A stretch of 58,680 nucleotides of DNA, taken from a virus. Below the pieces are notes generated by a model. The model did not search any database, had not been told where the DNA came from, and saw only the letters and a list, made by a program, of their open reading frames with translations. The stretch's first letter is position 1, and every line of letters begins with the position of its first letter. The position numbers and the translations under genes are program-made. Below are positions 26,815 to 34,999 of this stretch, one piece after another. The DNA lies in the IMG/VR virus record IMGVR_UViG_3300037243_000038, positions 1-58,680 of that record, one strand, 5' to 3'.

Positions 26815-29099
26815 TCGGAATCATCCTTAATCTGGCTCGCTACAAGTAGGCACATACACTGCGGATGCTGAGGGTACTCTGGAAGATCATCCATCGCGTA
26901 CGGGCCACCCTCTGCCATGTCGTCGCACTCGTCGTCCGGTTCATCTTCGTGATTTCCCGCGAGAACCCAGTCAACCTCTTCGACAAGTCCCGTTTCTTTC
27001 CACGCTGTGAGGTTTCCGAGCACTTGAGCGTTGGCGACTTCCGTCTTAGCGATCATCGCCGCCCTGGATTGGCTGAACGCATCGCTCTCTTTGATCTGGT
27101 CGATGAGGTCGGACCACTTCGTTTCATCCTTGAAAGCCTTGTCGATCAGCGACTGGATTTTGTCCCGCGTGGTGTCCGAAATAGCCCACTCCGCATCGGG
27201 ATTTTGGACCAGCTCACCATCTACCCACTTCATGCCGACCATTTCAGCCCCACGTTTTTGAGCGTAGTCTCCAGCGATCGTGTTCGCCTTGTTGATAAGG
27301 CCGCTGTCATCCACATTCAATTGCGTAAATCCGGCATCTACACCGGATACGCCCGCCGATAGCAATTCAGCCTGGACTTCATCGGGAAGGCTGGACCAGT
27401 CGAGCACGTTGAGCACTTTCGTGATCTCCTGCTTACCGTCGTCAACCTTTACCATCTTCTTGTAGTGCTTTTCGACCGCACCCGCCAGCGTGCCAGCGTG
27501 CTTCACGAAGATATTGTGAATAGCTTTGGTGATCTCATCCACAGCATCACGGGATGCCTTTGTGACACGTCGCGGGTTGATGGTTGGGCGTGATCCCTTG
27601 GCTAGTTTAGCGGCAGGCTTGCCAACTTTAGGCGGAACAGGGATTGCATCGTCTGGGTTCGGCTTTGCGCCTGAGGCTGCAGGTTCCGGAGAAGTTGCGC
27701 CCAGCGAACTACCATCCAGAAATACCACCCCAGCCGCAACCTTGATGCCCAGTTTGTCGGCGTTTGGCTCCGAGGAACGATCCATTCCGCGTGCTACCCG
27801 TACTTCGTTGCGCGTCATAGAGCCATCGTTGACGTAGGTGTCATCGATCTTGGACTGAATCTCTGGGTCGTTCTCGCGCGACTGGTCGAAGATGCACTCG
27901 TAACCACGTAGCCCCATCTTCTGCTGAATGATGCAGTCGATGTAGCTTTTTAGCCACGTTACGATTGGCTTCGTGCCCTCTTCTTCTGCTGCATCCTGAC
28001 CGGCCACAGCGGAGGCCCGGTTCATTGCCTTGAGCAGCCGCTGTGCGCTGGTTCCGTAAGCGAAAGCAACCTGCCGGATGTGCAGTTCGTCAAAAATGTC
28101 AGTCAGCAGCTTTTCTTTTGGGAAGATGAACTGATCTTTCCCGCCCTCAGTGAAACCCTGCACCAGTTTGAACTTACGGCGAGCACCAAGTTCGCCCGCG
28201 AGGGTGGCGTTGATTACCTCTTCAGCCTCGCTTTTGGTGTCGGGAGCGATACCGGGCGGCACGATCTGCATCGCATCGGGGATACTGCCATCTTTGTAAT
28301 AGCGCATGACGAATTCAAGACGCATCATGCCCGTCTCGATCCATGGCGCGGCTTGTTCCGTCGGGCTGCAGCCGTAGAAATATGAGGCGCGCGACTTGTC
28401 TTCGCAATCTGGGACGATGTTGCGCGGCGAATAGAACAGATCATTCGAAGTGAAGTTGATGCGCGGCATCCCATACCAGTTCTGCTGGTAGGCTACGGAC
28501 TCGCCATCCATCGGGACCAAGCCCTGGTCATCTACTTTCACGACGATATCGGCACCAGGCACCCAACGCAGTTCCGAAATCTTCCCTGCCCCGTTGCGGC
28601 GGAGGTAGGTGGCCGGCGCATCGAGCACGAACATATCCTCTAACAGGGAGCGCATGTCACGCTGCCACCAGTCGGCGATAATATCGCGCAGCATCCCAAT
28701 GTTCTTGTCTTTCAGATCGCGCTTGGAGTGATCCTCATTAGGCTCACCTTCCTTGCGTGTGCTCTGAATCTTGAACTCCAGGGAGCAGATATTGTCTTTC
28801 TGGTTCTCGATGCAGATCCGCGCCAAGGGGTACCGGGCAAGACGTTGCAAAGCGGCGGCGCTGTAGCGCGAGTCCCAGCGCGGAGTAATCTGCAGGTTCT
28901 GCCCCATCTGTAGGGGACGGAAGAGGACTTGCGAGCCTGGAGGCCCAACCGGAGCCACCGGCTGCAGGGCGGAGGGCCAGTTCGATTCATTCACGCCAGC
29001 GATGAACTTGCCGGTGGAAGCATAGGCAGTGGAGCGAATGCGCGTCATGGCGGCGGCGAGACCGGAGATGTCTGTACCTTTTTTAAATGGTGTCCACAT
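26811..29099 (-). CDS. Portal protein fused to a Mu F / SPP1 gp7-like head-morphogenesis domain
   Basis: 762 aa following TerL/GNAT. The C-terminal part, SRAAMIAKTEVANAQ...PEYPQHPQCMCLLV, is the MuF-type motif (IARTE...HP.C.C). Confidence 0.8.
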   Translation of the reverse strand: MWTPFKKGTDISGLAAAMTRIRSTAYASTGKFIAGVNESNWPSALQPVAPVGPPGSQVLFRPLQMGQNLQITPRWDSRYSAAALQRLARYPLARICIENQKDNICSLEFKIQSTRKEGEPNEDHSKRDLKDKNIGMLRDIIADWWQRDMRSLLEDMFVLDAPATYLRRNGAGKISELRWVPGADIVVKVDDQGLVPMDGESVAYQQNWYGMPRINFTSNDLFYSPRNIVPDCEDKSRASYFYGCSPTEQAAPWIETGMMRLEFVMRYYKDGSIPDAMQIVPPGIAPDTKSEAEEVINATLAGELGARRKFKLVQGFTEGGKDQFIFPKEKLLTDIFDELHIRQVAFAYGTSAQRLLKAMNRASAVAGQDAAEEEGTKPIVTWLKSYIDCIIQQKMGLRGYECIFDQSRENDPEIQSKIDDTYVNDGSMTRNEVRVARGMDRSSEPNADKLGIKVAAGVVFLDGSSLGATSPEPAASGAKPNPDDAIPVPPKVGKPAAKLAKGSRPTINPRRVTKASRDAVDEITKAIHNIFVKHAGTLAGAVEKHYKKMVKVDDGKQEITKVLNVLDWSSLPDEVQAELLSAGVSGVDAGFTQLNVDDSGLINKANTIAGDYAQKRGAEMVGMKWVDGELVQNPDAEWAISDTTRDKIQSLIDKAFKDETKWSDLIDQIKESDAFSQSRAAMIAKTEVANAQVLGNLTAWKETGLVEEVDWVLAGNHEDEPDDECDDMAEGGPYAMDDLPEYPQHPQCMCLLVASQIKDDSE

Positions 29100-29101
29100 G
29101 A

Positions 29102-29365
29102 CTAGCTAACCTCCGCAACGCCGTGAACTTTCAACACATCACTCAAAATCGGCTTTTCGTACCAGCGGCACTGACAGATTGTGCACTGATGTTGAACCAC
29201 CGTCGCCGCACCATTGAGCACAGCGCGGATCTGGCCTTGCCGGTGGCCGCACGCTGGGCAGACTGCGTTCGGATCTATGCTGGGGATAGCGCGCAGCTTA
29301 GCCGGGGGCGGGATGAGCATGAACACCAGCCAGAGTAGGGCGTCACGTAAAGAGAGCCAGATCAT
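29102..29365 (-). CDS. Small membrane-anchored zinc-ribbon protein
   Basis: 87 aa. N-terminal TM LLWLVFMLIPPP, then CPACG...CTICQC. ATGA overlap with the GNAT stop. Confidence 0.5.
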   Translation of the reverse strand: MIWLSLRDALLWLVFMLIPPPAKLRAIPSIDPNAVCPACGHRQGQIRAVLNGAATVVQHQCTICQCRWYEKPILSDVLKVHGVAEVS

Positions 29366-29772
29366 TCGATGTCTTCCTGAATTGTAAGTGCAATTACTTT
29401 TCGACCCTGACGTTTTGCAACGGCCAGAATTGCAGCATTATCGGGAGCGACTGCCCCTGCCAAGAATCGACATCCGCATTTCTTTGCCTGTATCTTCACG
29501 GCTGCGTAGAGCTTGCCGTAGATCCCTTTGCGACGGTGTTTCGGATCAACCCAACCTTGGAGAATGAACGCGGTAGCGTTCCACTTGATATCGCGCCAGA
29601 CAATCAGCGCCTGAAGTTCGCCCGACTTGGACAACAGCACCGAGATTCGATCATCCCAATTGAAGTTGACCGTCGTGCCGTCGCCATGTCCAGCTCTCAC
29701 CGTCTCAACGAAAGCCTCTAAAGCTTTGAAGTGATACGGAGATCCGCTAACTTGCAGAATATGTTTGATCAT
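29362..29772 (-). CDS. GNAT-family N-acetyltransferase
   Basis: Trimmed to ATG 29772 (ATGA overlap with the TerL stop). Motif A QGWVDPKHRRKGIYGKLYAAV. Confidence 0.75.
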   Translation of the reverse strand: MIKHILQVSGSPYHFKALEAFVETVRAGHGDGTTVNFNWDDRISVLLSKSGELQALIVWRDIKWNATAFILQGWVDPKHRRKGIYGKLYAAVKIQAKKCGCRFLAGAVAPDNAAILAVAKRQGRKVIALTIQEDIE

Positions 29773-31412
29773 TTCACCATCCCTCGGGCCGCCGTCATCA
29801 CCTTCTCCGGACTCCATTGGTTGGCGCACTGCCCACAGCGGAAGCCCGCGCCCAGCCGAGACACAGCCAGCGAATCGCACTTCGGACAACGCATCCCATT
29901 GGTATCGGAGACCTGCACTTTATTCATCGACTCGCGTGATGCGTCCATCTCTGCCCTCTGTTTCTTGGCCGCTTCCAGCACGCCGAAGATGCCCATGCCG
30001 CTCACCACGTAGAGCACCAGTTGTGTGAATGCGTCCACATCATCGTCATGCGCCATTCGCGGGAATCCGTACAGGTTATCCAGAAAGTCATCCACCCAGG
30101 GAGCATCTTCGGGAACATAGATGTTGCCGGCTTCCCACGATGGCGTGCAGGCGTTGGCGCGTTCTACTTTGTCCTTGTCTACCTGTACCGCGACAATAGG
30201 CAGAAGCGTGTCGCGCTTGAGTTCCTGAATCAGACTCTGTCCGCTGGCTTTATCTTCCACCAGAAACGCCTCAGGGCTCCACTTCGCACCCAGCGTCTTC
30301 GCCTTCGCCTTCAGATCCGGATAACCAACCTGCTCTTTCCAGCGATCGAGCAGATAGATTCCGGCCCGGCCCTCTTCGCGGCATTCCCCCGCGGCAAGAA
30401 TCACGCTATTGTCGCTCGACTGCTTCTCTTTGAATGCCGTATCGGCACTGAGCAGGATACGGCGAAACTTCGGCTCTGCGCCTTGTTTGTAGAGGCGAAC
30501 GAAGCCCTTTTTGAAGATCGTTCCCTCTTTCGGCGATGGCCGCTGTTGATGCTGCCCGGCGTAACCAGCCGAGCCCTTGATGCGCTTTTCTGAGGCAACC
30601 ACATCAGCCGGGAAGCGCTGCGGGAAGAACAATTCCCCTTCTTGCCCGCGCGGATCCACCCATCCCAGCGGGGTGGGCAGGTAATCCGGGTCCTCTTTGG
30701 TCGGCTTCTCGTACTCCTGCCGAATGATTAGGTAGGCCCATGCGTCCCGGTCAGTCGCTAGGATGTGGCCGGTCAGATCCTCTTCATGCAATCGTTGTTG
30801 AATCACGCACCGATGTCCCGCCGTCATGTCCGACAAGCGGTTGTAAGCGGCGTCATCCCACCATTGAATTACTGAGTCGCGCTCTGCTTTACCGCCTGCC
30901 GCATCGTTGGAATCGTCTACGAAGATGTCGTCGGCCCTGTCTCCGGTGATTCGTGAGCCCGCCGAGATCGCACGCCTGAATCCATGCGCCGTGTTGCGGT
31001 AGTTGCCCTTCGCATTCTGGTCTTTGGCAAACCCCCACTGCGGGGAAAACAGACGCCGATACCAGTCCGACTCCAGAACGTCACGGCACTTCATGGAATC
31101 GCGAAGCGCCACGCTCTCGTTGCCAGAGGCAAACAGCCCGCGCCATCCCGCGCGCCGGGTCCACATCCAAGCAGGGGTGCACACGCTAAGCACCGTGCTC
31201 TTCATGCTCCCGGGTGGGACGTTGATAATCAGGTTCTTGAGCCCCAGTCGGTCCTCAAGCAGCGCCTGCACGTGGTCACAAATGACATCGATATGCCAAT
31301 TCCACACCAGCTCCGTCGATGGTTCAATCACCTTCCATGATTCTTTTACGAACTCCGCGAGACTCCGGCGGCACAACTCAGCCACAATCTGATCTTCACT
31401 GGGTAGCTGCAT
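29769..31412 (-). CDS. terL: Terminase large subunit with a C-terminal zinc ribbon
   Basis: LAEFVKESW...W.WH N-terminus, Walker A-like PPGSMKST, Walker B IFVDD. C-terminal RCPKCDS...CGQC. Confidence 0.9.
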   Translation of the reverse strand: MQLPSEDQIVAELCRRSLAEFVKESWKVIEPSTELVWNWHIDVICDHVQALLEDRLGLKNLIINVPPGSMKSTVLSVCTPAWMWTRRAGWRGLFASGNESVALRDSMKCRDVLESDWYRRLFSPQWGFAKDQNAKGNYRNTAHGFRRAISAGSRITGDRADDIFVDDSNDAAGGKAERDSVIQWWDDAAYNRLSDMTAGHRCVIQQRLHEEDLTGHILATDRDAWAYLIIRQEYEKPTKEDPDYLPTPLGWVDPRGQEGELFFPQRFPADVVASEKRIKGSAGYAGQHQQRPSPKEGTIFKKGFVRLYKQGAEPKFRRILLSADTAFKEKQSSDNSVILAAGECREEGRAGIYLLDRWKEQVGYPDLKAKAKTLGAKWSPEAFLVEDKASGQSLIQELKRDTLLPIVAVQVDKDKVERANACTPSWEAGNIYVPEDAPWVDDFLDNLYGFPRMAHDDDVDAFTQLVLYVVSGMGIFGVLEAAKKQRAEMDASRESMNKVQVSDTNGMRCPKCDSLAVSRLGAGFRCGQCANQWSPEKVMTAARGMVK

Positions 31413-31989
31413 CGGGGGCCGCCTTCGCCGCCATATCGCGCAGGGATTTCAACTCGTCTATGGAAAGCTTCGAGAGATTCAGCGGGGCAGGAATCAGGGG
31501 AGTACCGTTCGCGCCTGTCAACTCTACTTTCTCCGTGAATAAATTAAGGTGCCTGCCGAGATCTACTAGTGCCGCTCGCTTATCGCAGAGCTTGATCTTC
31601 TTGATGAGCCTGTAAGCGTATTTCTGATCGCCGTCACCTTCGAATAGCTCATTTACTTCAAGACCGGCCACACACGCCGCTGTCTCATCATCCAGATCGA
31701 GGATTTGCTTTGGGGAACCGTCTGGATTGAACATCTTGCGAGGATCAAAGAACGCCAACTTGGCAAGCTCCGCAAGGACGCGGTCGGCGGTAACATTCAA
31801 TTTCTTCGCAGAACCGGCTAACCTTTGATTGATTTCGGCTAATATCTTAGGATTCTTTAGCCACTTGGACGCCTGCACGCCTGCGGAGTCCTTTGGGCAG
31901 CCAGCTTTCCGCGCAGCTTTGGAGCCGTTCTTGTGGCGGCAATAATCCGCGATGAATGTCTCTTGTCTATCAGTGAATGCCTTTGCCAT
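31396..31989 (-). CDS. terS: Terminase small subunit (P27-type)
   Basis: TDRQETFIADYC..NGSKAARKAGCPKDSAGVQASKWLKNPKI matches the small-terminase N-terminal HTH pattern. Confidence 0.9.
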   Translation of the reverse strand: MAKAFTDRQETFIADYCRHKNGSKAARKAGCPKDSAGVQASKWLKNPKILAEINQRLAGSAKKLNVTADRVLAELAKLAFFDPRKMFNPDGSPKQILDLDDETAACVAGLEVNELFEGDGDQKYAYRLIKKIKLCDKRAALVDLGRHLNLFTEKVELTGANGTPLIPAPLNLSKLSIDELKSLRDMAAKAAPDAATQ

Positions 31990-32105
31990 CGCTAATCACA
32001 TCCAAATGTTTTTACTGTGCGAACACTGAACCCCATAAATGCCAATGAATTCTGGATTCTAGTAGTTCGACGTGTTGCGGATTTTGTTTACTGTCTCGCC
32101 ACTAT

Positions 32106-32393
32106 TTACGCTGCGACCGCTTCCAGCCGCTTTGCCGTCACGCCCAACATTTCCCACTCGGTGTTGCTTAATCCTCGGATCAGTTGCCACTTTCCGTTGT
32201 CCAGCATCCACACCCGAGGTTCGCCGGACTGGAGAGCGTAGAGCTTGGTGCACAGGTCGTGGGTCTGAATGAGTGGAGAGGTGAGGTGCTTAGGAAAAGC
32301 AGGGCAAGTCAACATCTCTTTTTCGTTTGAACTGCAAAGCTCAATGGGGCCGCGCCGTGGGTTTCCTGCCCGAGAAACTTCCCGTTTCAACAC
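32106..32393 (-). CDS. Hypothetical protein
   Basis: GTG 32393 / TTG 32390 overlaps the HNH stop (TTGA). The start is uncertain (alternative ATG 32315). Confidence 0.4.
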   Translation of the reverse strand: MLKREVSRAGNPRRGPIELCSSNEKEMLTCPAFPKHLTSPLIQTHDLCTKLYALQSGEPRVWMLDNGKWQLIRGLSNTEWEMLGVTAKRLEAVAA

Positions 32394-32788
32394 TGCGGCA
32401 TCGCCAAATCTGTAAGTGGATAATGCAGCAGAGAATGGCAATCTCGGCAAAGCCATCTCACAGCTAACCAATATTTCGGCTCATAGCTCGCATGATGAGC
32501 TTCCGTTTTGCATTCAGAATTACACATCTGGCACCTATCGGGGCGGATTAAAACACCAACGCGTAACGCTGCATCTACTTCGTGGTTTGCCCGTCGTGTT
32601 TGTTCGGAATGCTCCGGGTTGGCTGCTCGCCATCGTGCTTTTCGTCCGCCCTCGTATCCCGGTATTCTCTTTGCTAACCTTGCGACCTCGCGATTCTTAC
32701 GCTCCCGATAAGCCGCCCATAGAGCCGGATCGGCCCTCATTTCCCAATAACGTTTTTGATCGTAATCTCGTTGCTCTTGCGTTCTCAT
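32387..32788 (-). CDS. HNH endonuclease (terminase-associated)
   Basis: CQMCNSECKTEAHHASY....LCRDCHSLLH HNH/zinc motif. Classic position upstream of terS in cos-type HK97-like phages. Confidence 0.8.
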   Translation of the reverse strand: MRTQEQRDYDQKRYWEMRADPALWAAYRERKNREVARLAKRIPGYEGGRKARWRAANPEHSEQTRRANHEVDAALRVGVLIRPDRCQMCNSECKTEAHHASYEPKYWLAVRWLCRDCHSLLHYPLTDLAMPQC

Positions 32789-32831
32789 TTGGCATGATCT
32801 CCATTCATGACTCTCCGTTACACCAATGAGG

Positions 32832-32854
32832 AAGCCCGGCGGAGTACCGGGCTT
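32832..32854. promoter_or_regulatory. 8-bp GC-rich hairpin in the untranslated gap upstream of HNH
   Basis: AAGCCCGG-7 nt-CCGGGCTT. No U-tract on either strand. Confidence 0.35.
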
Positions 32855-32932
32855 ATCGGGAGCTACCCCTATCCTCAAATGTCTTTATCCCAAGCCCTGC
32901 AATGTCCCCGCTTCGTGGATGCCTATTGAATT

Positions 32933-33103
32933 CATGCGCTCTCCGTGGCTATTCGCAGCATCTCCATCCGCTTCGCCCGTTTCTTGCACGCTTTGGAATG
33001 GGCCAGCCAAGCCGCCGCGCCGGGGAATACCCGGTTACACGCCGTACAGCGCATCGGCTCGTGGCTGTGATCTACCGTGCAAGGCGGGCCATATTTAGAC
33101 ATG
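32933..33103 (-). CDS. Small C2H2/C2HC zinc-finger-like protein (56 aa, not in ORF track)
   Basis: MSKYGPPCTVDHSHEPMRCTACNRVFPGAAAWLAHSKACKK... read from the minus strand. Confidence 0.4.
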
Positions 33104-33263
33104 GAGTTGGCCTTTGAAGCGAGCGATTACCATGCCCGATACGACGCCATGAGGATGGGGTACGACGATGAACACTCGCGCTTGAACGACCGCTGGCTGC
33201 ATTAGGTCGATCAACTTGTGAGCTTGGGCGTGATGTTGCGATGCGCTGGCGATATTCCGCATG
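33096..33263 (-). CDS. Possible 55-aa ORF
   Basis: ATG 33263. The stop overlaps the next ORF start by 8 nt. No motif. Confidence 0.25.
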
Positions 33264-33297
33264 GTCGTGCCTCGTACGAAAAGATAATGCCGTTCAC

Positions 33298-33324
33298 TTT
33301 CGTTAGGGAGTTTCTAACGAAAGG
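33298..33324. promoter_or_regulatory. Perfect 10-bp inverted repeat (CTTTCGTTAG-7 nt-CTAACGAAAG) in a 236-bp untranslated gap
   Basis: Read directly. On the minus RNA a U-rich stretch (CAUUAUCUUUUCG) follows after about 8 nt. Confidence 0.5.
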
Positions 33325-33454
33325 TTCAGTGCTTAGAATTTGTGCGGGGATTCCGGGACGGCGCGTAGATGAGCAGCTAGCTCGGTATGCCGTGTTCCCT
33401 TCCATCCCCGCAATGCACGGGTGGGGCTAACCCACAATCTCTTGGCTGAGTCGG

Positions 33455-33468
33455 AACTGGAACCAGTT
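33455..33468. promoter_or_regulatory. 14-bp perfect palindrome AACTGGAACCAGTT
   Basis: Read directly, in the same untranslated gap. Confidence 0.4.
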
Positions 33469-33499
33469 ACGAGGACTCGCCGCCGTGCAAAACTTGGGG

Positions 33500-33646
33500 T
33501 TATTTCTTCTTTAGCCAGTGCGCCGGAGGATTCACGGGAGCATCGCAATTTGAGCAACGCTTTGCGCCTTCATGCATAAAGCTCTGGTCTGTCTTGCAGC
33601 GCCAGCAGAGCATGGGGACGTATGGACGAACAGGTTCAGGCATCAT
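33500..33646 (-). CDS. Small zinc-ribbon protein (48 aa, not in ORF track)
   Basis: MMPEPVRPYVPMLCWRCKTDQSFMHEGAKRCSNCDAPV... AGGGAG RBS upstream. Confidence 0.45.
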   Translation of the reverse strand: MMPEPVRPYVPMLCWRCKTDQSFMHEGAKRCSNCDAPVNPPAHWLKKK

Positions 33647-33652
33647 AGGCGA

Positions 33653-33763
33653 CTACTCCCTGTCGAAGAATCCCAACATCCAAGCCGCTACAAATAGGCT
33701 TGTCGCTCCGCCTGCTAGCCACTTAATCGTGTCGCAGATCATTGCTACAGCCGTATCACTCAT
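33653..33763 (-). CDS. Small membrane protein (36 aa, not in ORF track)
   Basis: ATGA overlap with the stop of 33760..34182. MSDTAVAMICDTIKWLAGGATSLFVAAWMLGFFDRE. Confidence 0.4.
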   Translation of the reverse strand: MSDTAVAMICDTIKWLAGGATSLFVAAWMLGFFDRE

Positions 33764-34182
33764 GCGTAGATCCTGACGATGCGGGGCTCCAGGTGCGCTA
33801 CGGTTCGAATGCAATCAGCCCAACTTGGCATCCGCTGCATGGTGTGCGGGTCGATGCCATAATTGCGCACCTTGCGCATCGCCAGCGACTCCGCCCGAGT
33901 CAGCCTCTGATCGTCCCGGAAAGCCACGCGCTTCTCGTCGGCTGATCCGATCCCGTTGTTCACGGAATCATGGAAGTTCAATGCGCCGTCGCCCGCGATA
34001 GTCAGCCAGTCATCGTCCCCATCTACCAGTGCGGGCGGGTTCGCCTGAATGCCGTCTTTCTTGGCAGGGAGCCAGTGATGCGTGCCATCCGCTACCCGCT
34101 CACAGCAGTAGGCATAGGACTTTCTGAGCATAGGAGCATCAACGCCCGGTTGGGCGGCGGATTCAAAAACAGGAAATCGCAT
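33760..34182 (-). CDS. Hypothetical protein (late-regulator candidate by position only)
   Basis: 140-aa ORF. First gene after the AT-rich gap 34183..34436. No family recognised. Confidence 0.5.
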   Translation of the reverse strand: MRFPVFESAAQPGVDAPMLRKSYAYCCERVADGTHHWLPAKKDGIQANPPALVDGDDDWLTIAGDGALNFHDSVNNGIGSADEKRVAFRDDQRLTRAESLAMRKVRNYGIDPHTMQRMPSWADCIRTVAHLEPRIVRIYA

Positions 34183-34390
34183 AGGGGAATGACCTACTTG
34201 GCAGCTCCGCTGATTCGCGCGGGCAGACGCCGTATCAGGATGGGAATGCTATTTCAAGCCACAAAACCTTGTAGGTACGTTCCTCAATATACATCCTATT
34301 CGGCTGGCTACGTAGTAAGATTTCCTACTTTTGGCCCTGATTATTCGTAAGTCTCTGAATCGATTGCGATTATTGTTAGTAAATAGATAG

Positions 34391-34420
34391 TTGAATTGCT
34401 AAACTATACGCATCTAAGAT
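34391..34420 (+). promoter_or_regulatory. Candidate promoter for the plus-strand small gene
   Basis: TTGAAT-18 nt-TAAGAT in the AT-richest stretch of the window. Confidence 0.35.
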
Positions 34421-34436
34421 GATAAGGAGACACCTC

Positions 34437-34661
34437 ATGGAGTACGCCGATAGCCACGTCCGAACGCTGATTTACACCGTAGAGCACTGTGAGCACTGCG
34501 CTGAGATGGCCGCGCAGCAGGAACGCTGGCAAAAACACATTGAGTCCTGGGGGAAGTTGCTGGATTCTGGCTATGCCGAGCTTCGGATGGTGAAGGACGA
34601 GAACGCCGACCTACGATCCGCGATTGAGATGCTGAGGAACCAGAAGGCGCTGGCCGCGTGA
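34437..34661 (+). CDS. Small coiled-coil protein with a CEHC motif, opposite in orientation to all neighbours
   Basis: AAGGAG RBS 7 nt before ATG 34437. Well-balanced sequence MEYADSHVRTLIYTVEHCEHCAEMAAQQERWQKHIESW... Confidence 0.6.
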   Translation: MEYADSHVRTLIYTVEHCEHCAEMAAQQERWQKHIESWGKLLDSGYAELRMVKDENADLRSAIEMLRNQKALAA

Positions 34662-34851
34662 ACGGCCAGTACCCGGTTAAGCGGTTGCCGGCCTTCGCTA
34701 GTTCCTTGCTCGGGATGAGCAACGTCTTGATATCCACATACGGGTCGTACTTGGTTGAGCATGCGCCCGTGTGATCCTTGTCACGGACACAGTAGGTTTC
34801 GCACCTACCGTCCGAGCCTTTCACGATCATCGTTCTCGAACAAAACACGTC

Positions 34852-34983
34852 CTAACCCTTTCCTGCTGCTTTCGCCAGTTGGCGTGGTTCTGGTGCTGCG
34901 TTTAGGATCTTGTCGATCTGCTCGGCTAGTTCCGTGGTGGTGTCGGTGGGGACGTACCCTGCTTTGAGTACACAGTCTGCCAT
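34852..34983 (-). CDS. Possible 43-aa ORF
   Basis: MADCVLKAGYVPTDTTTELAEQIDKILNAAPEPRQLAKAAGKG. No clear RBS. Confidence 0.25.
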   Translation of the reverse strand: MADCVLKAGYVPTDTTTELAEQIDKILNAAPEPRQLAKAAGKG

Positions 34984-34999
34984 CTTCTGAGCCAGAGGG

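Noticed and set aside
2857-31989. Reverse transcriptase / diversity-generating retroelement acting on the tail fibre genes
   Set aside because: No ORF with an RT-like YxDD motif was seen, and no template/variable repeat pair was noticed near the fibre C-termini.
31990-32105. cos site upstream of terS
   Set aside because: The HNH-terminase arrangement suggests cos packaging, and this gap is the expected place. I could not identify a defining sequence or symmetry, so no feature was called.
34435-34848. 137-aa minus-strand ORF crossing the plus-strand small gene
   Set aside because: There is no SD. Its C-terminal 75 aa (RPAPSGSSASQSRIVGRRSRPSPSE...) look like antisense translation of 34437..34661. 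The first ~55 codons could still be real, so the conflict is left flagged in the findings.
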